In this document: positions 58,154-64,000 of the stretch, piece by piece
How positions within the stretch are numbered: position 1 is the first letter of the stretch
Layout of the letters: each line of letters begins with the position of its first letter
Origin: Escherichia phage UB
DNA: 64,000 bases
Direction: 5' to 3' (one strand)
Sequence record: MH383160
Translations under genes and position numbers: made by a program
Notes under the pieces: model-generated
Told to the model about the DNA's origin: nothing
What the model saw: only the letters and a program-made list of their open reading frames with translations
Databases searched by the model: none

Positions 58154-58486
58154 TTATATATTGAATTCACATACGTGTTGAACAAAATTCTTTGGAAGAT
58201 GACAATGTGCAATCATCTGCTGTTGCACTTTCTTCATATCTTCTAATGTAAAACCTAAAGAATCATCGTGTACTAACATGTACTGAAACTCTTCTTCTTC
58301 AGAGATAGAACATAAATTCGGTACTGAAATTGTTTTTGTTTTTCTTGCACCTAATTTCCAATGAAAAGAATTATTGCATTTTCTGTACTCAAATATCTTC
58401 AACCCAGCACCTCTATTAAAATCAGCTACTACAATGTAACATGAATTCTTACGTACAATACAATTAAATTTACGCATTATCTCCAC
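58154..58486 (-). CDS. family A protein
   Basis: 110 aa; EEEEFQYMLVH. Confidence 0.55.
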   Translation of the reverse strand: MEIMRKFNCIVRKNSCYIVVADFNRGAGLKIFEYRKCNNSFHWKLGARKTKTISVPNLCSISEEEEFQYMLVHDDSLGFTLEDMKKVQQQMIAHCHLPKNFVQHVCEFNI

Positions 58487-58722
58487 CTCTCTCCGTCATC
58501 GCAAGAGTACTGGTACGTTGTCGTTAGGGTAGGGACCATGTTGGTAATGGGCATATTATTAACAATAACCGTAACAGGCATAAGAATCGTCTCTACTCTA
58601 CTCTGTCCTGTCCTTGTGCAATTCATCTTTTGCATTTCATCTGAATCCATGAAATACAATACAAATGGTGCAATCCCAAGAACAATACACAAGACGATAA
58701 GGAAATTTAAAAAATTTAACAT
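58477..58722 (-). CDS. small membrane protein
   Basis: 81 aa with N-terminal hydrophobic helix (FLNFLIVLCIVLGIAPFVLYF). Confidence 0.4.
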   Translation of the reverse strand: MLNFLNFLIVLCIVLGIAPFVLYFMDSDEMQKMNCTRTGQSRVETILMPVTVIVNNMPITNMVPTLTTTYQYSCDDGERWR

Positions 58723-58781
58723 AATTTTTACCCTATGATTAACGTTAGTGTACTATATCAGTAATGAAAAGTACTGTCAAG

Positions 58782-59177
58782 CTAGTACTGCACTGTTCTA
58801 ATGAAAGTACCTTTACTCATGGATTTAAGCTTATGAACCTCTTCCTGCATACCCTTAATTAACCCTAAAGGTATAGGTAAATCATGTACTAAGCTGTACT
58901 GAAAGTATTCTTCTTCAGATAAAGTACTAACATCTGGGACTCCAATTTTAGTTAGATAATCTTGATGTGTTGACCAATAAATTATATCTTCAGTACTATT
59001 GTACTCCCCATATACTGAACAATATTGATGAATATCTTTCCTGTACCCTTGAGCAATAAAGAACTTATCTACTGCATTACCAGCATTAATAGAATTCACT
59101 TCTATTGTCACAGTACTTGAGCTTGTATAACTCTTAATATTATCAGTACTCAATAATGTGTTCTTCATAATCACCAT
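58782..59177 (-). CDS. family A protein
   Basis: 131 aa; LSEEEYFQYSLVH. Confidence 0.55.
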   Translation of the reverse strand: MVIMKNTLLSTDNIKSYTSSSTVTIEVNSINAGNAVDKFFIAQGYRKDIHQYCSVYGEYNSTEDIIYWSTHQDYLTKIGVPDVSTLSEEEYFQYSLVHDLPIPLGLIKGMQEEVHKLKSMSKGTFIRTVQY

Positions 59178-59487
59178 TAGGCTCCTGTTTAGATTCTTTC
59201 ATTAGTACTATCATCTTATGTACTAATGGCATAGGAAACTCTAAATCCCATACTAATGATTCCTGAAAGTATTCTTCTTCAGATAAAGTACTTAAATCTT
59301 TAATATCAACGTGCTTGTATATTTTATTTTCGTAATTAACAAATGATATATATAAATCACTAACATAAGAATCATAGGTAATTGTGAATGGCTTACCCTT
59401 GTAATCCATTACATCTCTACATAGACTACTTTTGATATATGTATGTTCAAATGATTTATATACCTTGAGTTGTATATTAGTTTTCAT
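59143..59487 (-). CDS. family A protein
   Basis: 114 aa; LSEEEYFQESLVW. Confidence 0.55.
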   Translation of the reverse strand: MKTNIQLKVYKSFEHTYIKSSLCRDVMDYKGKPFTITYDSYVSDLYISFVNYENKIYKHVDIKDLSTLSEEEYFQESLVWDLEFPMPLVHKMIVLMKESKQEPNGDYEEHIIEY

Positions 59488-59752
59488 ATTTCTCTTTATT
59501 AGCTTGTTTTGTTTTATGGTGAATTAAATCTATTAATGTAATCAAGTACAACGTCAAATAGTACTCTTGTTGATCTGTACCTAATGATACAAAGAACTTG
59601 TGCTCATAGATTAAAACCTGTTTCTCTTCAAATGGACATTTAATCCTCTGTATAGGCTTAAGTAAATGATAGTACTTATTAAATCTATGATACATTTCTA
59701 GTTCTGTCAGTACTTTCATATTAAACACGTACTCCATTAGCAGTAGCATCAC
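59477..59752 (-). CDS. family B small protein
   Basis: 91 aa; VSLGTDQQEYYL. Confidence 0.5.
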   Translation of the reverse strand: MMLLLMEYVFNMKVLTELEMYHRFNKYYHLLKPIQRIKCPFEEKQVLIYEHKFFVSLGTDQQEYYLTLYLITLIDLIHHKTKQANKEKYEN

Positions 59753-59942
59753 GTAAAGCTGTCAAATACTTCTGTACTGCTTGCTCTTGTTTATTTGTAC
59801 CTAAAAGTATATACATCCATAATTCACTGTAATGTACATCTTCTGTATAAGGGTTGTTGTAACTTTTTGATAATATAGCATCAAATTCAGATGCATGAAC
59901 CCTTGTGAACTTAAGAATATCTTGTTGTGTTATGATTCTCAT
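59721..59942 (-). CDS. family B small protein
   Basis: 73 aa; ILLGTNKQEQAV. Confidence 0.5.
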   Translation of the reverse strand: MRIITQQDILKFTRVHASEFDAILSKSYNNPYTEDVHYSELWMYILLGTNKQEQAVQKYLTALRDATANGVRV

Positions 59943-60154
59943 ATCTTTTCCTGTACAATCTGTATAAGAATACCTATGTGTGAATTAACAGTTCTCTCTT
60001 GATGCTGTGTTCCTAAGAGTGTCAGTACTATCATATCTGAACGCAAAAGATTTTTTTCAAGTTCACTTATATCAGTTCTTGAATCAAGTGCCATATATTT
60101 GTGATTATTCTTCCTGAATAGTGCCAAGTACTCTTGATTTGATATTTCCTTCAT
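59939..60154 (-). CDS. family B small protein
   Basis: 71 aa; LTLLGTQHQERTV. Confidence 0.5.
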   Translation of the reverse strand: MKEISNQEYLALFRKNNHKYMALDSRTDISELEKNLLRSDMIVLTLLGTQHQERTVNSHIGILIQIVQEKI

Positions 60155-60372
60155 AGTTTATTCCTGATGCCATTTAAAAGTGCTCTAATATGCTCATTGA
60201 CAAATCGCTCTTGGGAATCTGTTCCTAGAGTGAGTAGCAATCTTAAATCTGAACTTTTGATGTGATATTCTAAATCATTATTTGATTCTTGCATCAGTTT
60301 CTTAAAGGATGAGAAGTTTGCAGCCATTAGTTCAATGTATTCTGCTGTTCCTAGTGGTTTGTGTGTTGACAT
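60151..60372 (-). CDS. family B small protein
   Basis: 73 aa; LLTLGTDSQERFV. Confidence 0.5.
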   Translation of the reverse strand: MSTHKPLGTAEYIELMAANFSSFKKLMQESNNDLEYHIKSSDLRLLLTLGTDSQERFVNEHIRALLNGIRNKL

Positions 60373-60584
60373 TTGAGTTGTATTACCCTTTTGAGTGTAT
60401 TAATGTAATTATACACATTGGCTTCTTGATAGTTTGTTCCTAGAGTAGCTTGAACATAGATTTCATTTAACTTAATAATTTTATCAGTATCTGGTAGTTT
60501 TGATGTGTTAATGGCAAATAACTTCAAAAACAGTCCATTTAAGATTGTTAGGTATTCTTCGTCGGTAATGATTCGCATTTGCAT
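60351..60584 (-). CDS. family B small protein
   Basis: 77 aa; ATLGTNYQEANV. Confidence 0.5.
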   Translation of the reverse strand: MQMRIITDEEYLTILNGLFLKLFAINTSKLPDTDKIIKLNEIYVQATLGTNYQEANVYNYINTLKRVIQLKCQHTNH

Positions 60585-60796
60585 TGGATAAACCTTTTTA
60601 GTTCTTTGATGTAATCATTAATATTGCATTCTTGGTAGTTAGTTCCCAGTGTAGCTTGAACATAGATTTCACTTACTAGAATACTTATTTCATCATCTGG
60701 TAATTTCATGCTTTTTGTTATAAACAACTTTAGAATTAAACTACTTAATAGTTGGTTGTATTCTGTGGGTGAAATGATTTTCATTTTCATTTGCAT
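60548..60796 (-). CDS. family B small protein
   Basis: 82 aa; ATLGTNYQECNI. Confidence 0.5.
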   Translation of the reverse strand: MQMKMKIISPTEYNQLLSSLILKLFITKSMKLPDDEISILVSEIYVQATLGTNYQECNINDYIKELKRFIQCKCESLPTKNT

Positions 60797-61002
60797 TTTC
60801 TCAGTACTGATTCTTTAAGTTCATTGATGTAGTCCTCAACGAATTGTTCTTGTAGGTTTGTTCCGAGATATAACAGTACTCTTAAATCTGCTCTAAGTAC
60901 TTCTTTGTCATCTTCATCTATATCAGACAGTGTTATGTTTAAGAATTTACTTGAATTCTCTACAAGTAATATTACTTCTTCACCTTCTCTTAAAATTTTC
61001 AT
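60787..61002 (-). CDS. family B small protein
   Basis: 71 aa; LYLGTNLQEQFV. Confidence 0.5.
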   Translation of the reverse strand: MKILREGEEVILLVENSSKFLNITLSDIDEDDKEVLRADLRVLLYLGTNLQEQFVEDYINELKESVLRKCK

Positions 61003-61208
61003 AATCTTAGTGCTTTCCTCGACAGTAGGTACAGGTAACGTTCAGTGCATTGTTCTTGATAGTTTGTTCCTAATAAATGAACTAAATGTTGTTCAGCTAT
61101 AGAAAGCTGCTTGTCTTCATAACAAGCGTATCGTTGTTTCCTATGGTATTCTTTATTGATAACATCAAGGATGATAACACCGTATTCGTCATCTGTCAAG
61201 TGTTTCAT
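60999..61208 (-). CDS. family B small protein
   Basis: 69 aa; HLLGTNYQEQCT. Confidence 0.5.
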   Translation of the reverse strand: MKHLTDDEYGVIILDVINKEYHRKQRYACYEDKQLSIAEQHLVHLLGTNYQEQCTERYLYLLSRKALRL

Positions 61209-61446
61209 GCTTTTTTCTTTTTCTTATATGTTTAGTTAAAAGGTATATTAGTTTTCTGATGTATTCTTCCTGATAGTTTGTTCCTAAGAGTGCAAGAAGT
61301 TTTGCTTCAACTAAAGCTAATTGACGTTCTTCGAATGTGTGTTCCAGTATGTACTTGGGGTTTGATTTTTTAGCGTAAGCACTATTAGTCTTCATTACAA
61401 TCTTATGATATTCATTAGCTGTTAGGATTTTTAAATACTTGATCAT
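61189..61446 (-). CDS. family B small protein
   Basis: 85 aa; ALLGTNYQEEYI. Confidence 0.5.
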   Translation of the reverse strand: MIKYLKILTANEYHKIVMKTNSAYAKKSNPKYILEHTFEERQLALVEAKLLALLGTNYQEEYIRKLIYLLTKHIRKRKKHETLDR

Positions 61447-61666
61447 GTATCTTTTCCTTTATAGAGAATTTAAGATATCGAAGCATACTTTCAATGTAAT
61501 ACTCTTGTCTGTCAGTGCCAAGAAAGTACATGAGTTGAATGTATAAAACTTCTGCACTCCTTTCCGCTGGAGACTTGTTTGTGTCGTTTGGAAGTTGATT
61601 TGTATGTTTTCTTGATTTAATTAGTCGTTCTTTTAACTCATCGTCTGTTAAGTATTTCATTTTCAT
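61415..61666 (-). CDS. family B small protein (PAERSAEVL subtype)
   Basis: 83 aa; PAERSAEVLYIQLMYFLGTDRQEYYI. Confidence 0.5.
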   Translation of the reverse strand: MKMKYLTDDELKERLIKSRKHTNQLPNDTNKSPAERSAEVLYIQLMYFLGTDRQEYYIESMLRYLKFSIKEKIHDQVFKNPNS

Positions 61667-61892
61667 TTACTTTTTCCTTAATAGTAATTTTAAGATATCT
61701 AATCATACGTGCAACATATTCCTCTTGTCTATCAGTTCCCAGAAGATATGGTAGTGATTGGAATAATACTTCTGCACTCCTTTCTGCTGGGGTTTGGTTT
61801 AGGTCAATTGGACGTTTATTGGTATATCTCTTGGCACGAACTAATCTCTCGACGTATTCATTATAGGTTAAGTATATCATTTCATTTTGCAT
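61638..61892 (-). CDS. family B small protein (PAERSAEVL subtype)
   Basis: 84 aa; PAERSAEVLFQSLPYLLGTDRQEEYV. Confidence 0.5.
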   Translation of the reverse strand: MQNEMIYLTYNEYVERLVRAKRYTNKRPIDLNQTPAERSAEVLFQSLPYLLGTDRQEEYVARMIRYLKITIKEKVNENEILNRR

Positions 61893-62118
61893 TTACTTTT
61901 TCCTTAATAGTAATTTTGAGATATTTAATTATACGTTCAATGTGATACTCTTGCCTATCAGTTCCAAGAAGGTATGGTAATCTTTGGAATAAAACTTCCG
62001 CACTCCTTTCTGCTGGGGTTTGATTTGTGTTGTGAGGAAGTTTATTTGTAAGTCTTTTGGATTTATCTAGTCTTTCTGTTAACTCATCATGTGTTAAGTA
62101 TATCATTTCATTTTGCAT
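61882..62118 (-). CDS. family B small protein (PAERSAEVL subtype)
   Basis: 78 aa; PAERSAEVLFQRLPYLLGTDRQEYHI; N-terminus MQNEMIYLT identical to neighbour. Confidence 0.5.
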   Translation of the reverse strand: MQNEMIYLTHDELTERLDKSKRLTNKLPHNTNQTPAERSAEVLFQRLPYLLGTDRQEYHIERIIKYLKITIKEKVNAK

Positions 62119-62345
62119 TTAATGTTCCTTACGTAAATTGTCTGGATTAAACAATCAATCCAAGTTTGAATATATTGGTTTTGATACTGTGTGCCTAAGA
62201 GACTCTGCATTTTAAACTCTGCTTCAAGTTCATATCTCTTTTCTATAGAAAAGCTCAAATGACCATATTCTTTATCGTATCTTCTCAGTGCTTCCCCAAT
62301 TCTATTAAATCTTTCTGCTAATCTGATGTTATTCACAATATTCAT
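62103..62345 (-). CDS. family B small protein
   Basis: 80 aa; SLLGTQYQNQYI. Confidence 0.5.
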   Translation of the reverse strand: MNIVNNIRLAERFNRIGEALRRYDKEYGHLSFSIEKRYELEAEFKMQSLLGTQYQNQYIQTWIDCLIQTIYVRNIKCKMK

Positions 62346-62632
62346 CGATCAGTATACCTCAGTGGTTGGGTCATTTGATAAAAGTACAGCTTACCTTTGA
62401 TTTCCAGTAGTAACTCCGCGATTAAGCGATTTACTTCTGTATCTTGATAGTTTGTTCCTAAGAATACACCCATCTTTAACTCACGCATCATAATCATTTT
62501 CTTACTGTGTTGGATTTCTGGGTTGTGATAAATTGTATTACGTTTGTGCGTAATTTTTGTCATACGCTCGGTATATTCATCTTTACTTAAATTGATCATT
62601 TGCATGTTAATTACCCTTACATTTATTTTCAA
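62342..62632 (-). CDS. family B small protein
   Basis: 96 aa; VFLGTNYQDTEV. Confidence 0.5.
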   Translation of the reverse strand: MKINVRVINMQMINLSKDEYTERMTKITHKRNTIYHNPEIQHSKKMIMMRELKMGVFLGTNYQDTEVNRLIAELLLEIKGKLYFYQMTQPLRYTDR

Positions 62633-62837
62633 TACTATTCATGAGTTCTATAAGATAGTTTTCTACCTTACCTTCCTGATAGTTAGTCCCTAGGAAGTTG
62701 CACAACACGGCTTCTATGATTTTGATTTTCCTGATATCAGGCTTCAATCTTTTGTTATTGAATATTTGAATCCTTATATCTCTGGATGCATTTAAACGTT
62801 TTTGATATTCATGGTAAGTTAAATGAATCATTTTCAT
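62607..62837 (-). CDS. family B small protein
   Basis: 76 aa; NFLGTNYQEGKV. Confidence 0.5.
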   Translation of the reverse strand: MKMIHLTYHEYQKRLNASRDIRIQIFNNKRLKPDIRKIKIIEAVLCNFLGTNYQEGKVENYLIELMNSIENKCKGN

Positions 62838-63052
62838 TTACGTTTAACCTCTCGCTGGAGGGCATCAATTAACATCAGTACAGCATTCTCTTGATAGTTT
62901 GTTCCTAAGACTGAAAGCATCTTTATCTCATTTACTAAAATCAACTTCTTTGAGGGTTCAATAATGTGACTATCATAAACGGCCTTACGTGCTGGATAAG
63001 TTTTCGCCAGTATAACATAAAATTCGTCTTTACTTAAATTAATCATTTGCAT
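62834..63052 (-). CDS. family B small protein
   Basis: 72 aa; SVLGTNYQENAV. Confidence 0.5.
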   Translation of the reverse strand: MQMINLSKDEFYVILAKTYPARKAVYDSHIIEPSKKLILVNEIKMLSVLGTNYQENAVLMLIDALQREVKRK

Positions 63053-63261
63053 TTACTTTTAACCTCTTTCTGTAGAGCGTCAATCCATAGATCTACATAC
63101 ATTTGTTGATAGTTTGTGCCTAAGAGTGCACCTACATAGAGTTCAGTTACTAGTGCGTGCTTAAGGTTAGCTTGGATGCTCTTATCGCTTGATATCATTC
63201 TCCTTCTGCTTCCACATGTTTTCAGGAGTCTGATGTATTCAAAGCCTTGTAAATTTCTCAT
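63043..63261 (-). CDS. family B small protein
   Basis: 72 aa; ALLGTNYQQMYV. Confidence 0.5.
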   Translation of the reverse strand: MRNLQGFEYIRLLKTCGSRRRMISSDKSIQANLKHALVTELYVGALLGTNYQQMYVDLWIDALQKEVKSKCK

Positions 63262-63473
63262 ATTTTGGATACCACCTTGTTACGTAAGGAACTTAATAAT
63301 ACGTCAGTGTAGATGTTTTGATAGTTTGTCCCTACGAATACACCCAACTTCATTTCAGCTATTATAACACATTTGTCCTCTTGTGCAATAGATTTGTTTA
63401 ACACAATACTATACACTTTTGATTTGATAGTTTGTAACCTCCAATGATACTGATACTCATTAAGGATTATCAT
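63258..63473 (-). CDS. family B small protein
   Basis: 71 aa; VFVGTNYQNIYT. Confidence 0.5.
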   Translation of the reverse strand: MIILNEYQYHWRLQTIKSKVYSIVLNKSIAQEDKCVIIAEMKLGVFVGTNYQNIYTDVLLSSLRNKVVSKI

Positions 63474-63708
63474 TCTCTTTCCTCCAGATTTCGGTTCTCA
63501 TGTGTTGGCAGTGTGCTTCGATGAACATATCTATTGATTTGGCAATTGCGTTTTTATCAGTGCCTGTCATCAGTACAAGCATCTCGGCCTCACAGTGAAG
63601 TAAACGCATGATATCATAGGGTAATATTTCAGATACAGTGTCATAGTGTTTCTGTGCCAGTGTCTGCAATAGTTTACAATACATTTTGTGATTTAGTCTT
63701 TGTCGCAT
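63460..63708 (-). CDS. family B-like small protein (divergent)
   Basis: 82 aa; LVLMTGTDKNAIAKSI. Confidence 0.4.
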   Translation of the reverse strand: MRQRLNHKMYCKLLQTLAQKHYDTVSEILPYDIMRLLHCEAEMLVLMTGTDKNAIAKSIDMFIEAHCQHMRTEIWRKENDNP

Positions 63709-63965
63709 TGTTTATTCCATTCTTTTTTGGCCTTGATGGTTTTATATTGGATTTGGTTTCTTAATGCTGATAAGTATCGTTGAATGAACAGATCTTGATA
63801 GTTTGTTCCAATGAATTTCATAAGATAAAGTTCACCGTTGATAACATCCACTTCAGGTGCACCATATAAGGCATTGTTTTTTCTAAGGGCATGGATTAAA
63901 GAGAATAGGGCAGTTTGATACTCAACTCCTGATAAAGTCTTCATGTTTTGTGAGCAAATAATCAT
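63693..63965 (-). CDS. family B small protein
   Basis: 90 aa; KFIGTNYQDLFIQRYL. Confidence 0.5.
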   Translation of the reverse strand: MIICSQNMKTLSGVEYQTALFSLIHALRKNNALYGAPEVDVINGELYLMKFIGTNYQDLFIQRYLSALRNQIQYKTIKAKKEWNKQCDKD

Positions 63966-64000
63966 CTAGTTTATCCTGTATAACATTCGTTAATTGTTCG

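Larger units (their letters stand above)
29947..59487 (-). repeat. tandem array of paralogous genes, family A ([DE]-E-x-[LYF]-F-Q-x-S motif)
   Basis: About 60 consecutive minus-strand ORFs; more than 40 carry the motif (examples EELLFQYSL, EEMYFQGSC, EEYYFQNST, EDELFQESLVW) about 45-60 aa from the C-terminus; gene-level paralogy, not a simple DNA repeat. Confidence 0.7.
59477..63965 (-). repeat. tandem array of about 20 family B genes (L-G-T-N-Y-Q-E motif), periodic at DNA level
   Basis: Plus-strand motif close to TTGATAGTTTGTTCCTAAGA (reverse complement of the LGTNYQE codons) recurs every 200-250 bp, one per small minus-strand ORF; array reaches the window edge. Confidence 0.7.

Noticed and set aside
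59477-63965. Periodic conserved 20-mer, considered as a possible CRISPR array or satellite repeat
   Set aside because: The period is 200-250 bp, not 60-75 bp; the conserved unit sits inside back-to-back ORFs and encodes the LGTNYQE motif; the intervening sequence is coding and paralogous, not spacer-like.
1-64000. Integrase, transposase, prophage boundary or other mobile-element hallmark
   Set aside because: No recombinase motifs, terminal inverted repeats or att-like direct repeats were seen; the content is consistent with a lytic phage genome segment.

Overview
This window is an AT-rich (roughly one-third GC by eye), very densely packed block of phage genes, almost all on the minus strand, and it looks like part of a large T4-like myovirus genome. 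Everything below is read from the sequence and the supplied ORF track; no database search or computation was run, and coordinates I counted by hand may be off by 1-2 nt.

Part 1, recognisable genes (about 0-29 kb): four T4 early-region homologues are clear from conserved motifs: dCMP deaminase (cd), ATP-dependent DNA ligase (T4 gene 30-like), polynucleotide kinase/3'-phosphatase (pseT) and RNA ligase 1 (rnlA). Also present are a ClpP protease, a second ClpP-fold protein with a signal peptide, an HslV-like Ntn-hydrolase peptidase, two metallophosphatases, an HxGH nucleotidyltransferase and a phage Dam-type N6-adenine methyltransferase. Several rho-independent terminators are visible on the minus strand.

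Part 2, the main candidate for something undescribed (about 30-64 kb): two huge tandem arrays of paralogous small genes.
- Family A (about 29.9-59.5 kb): more than 40 ORFs of 100-210 aa sharing a motif of the form [DE]-E-x-[LYF]-F-Q-x-S-[LT]-[VI] placed about 45-60 residues from the C-terminus, with highly variable N-terminal parts.
- Family B (about 59.5-64 kb, plus outliers at 44.0-44.4 and 56.5-58.0 kb): about 25 ORFs of 70-95 aa sharing L-G-T-N-Y-Q-E, which shows up at DNA level as a 200-250 bp periodic conserved 20-mer.
- Smaller families: five tandem paralogues at 21.98-23.39 kb, and scattered small proteins with a K-Y-x-G-x-x-V motif.

Other observations: the palindrome AGTACT appears strongly over-represented, and there is a GC-richer 540 bp non-coding island at about 26.3-26.84 kb. 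No integrase, transposase, CRISPR array, rRNA or convincing tRNA was seen.
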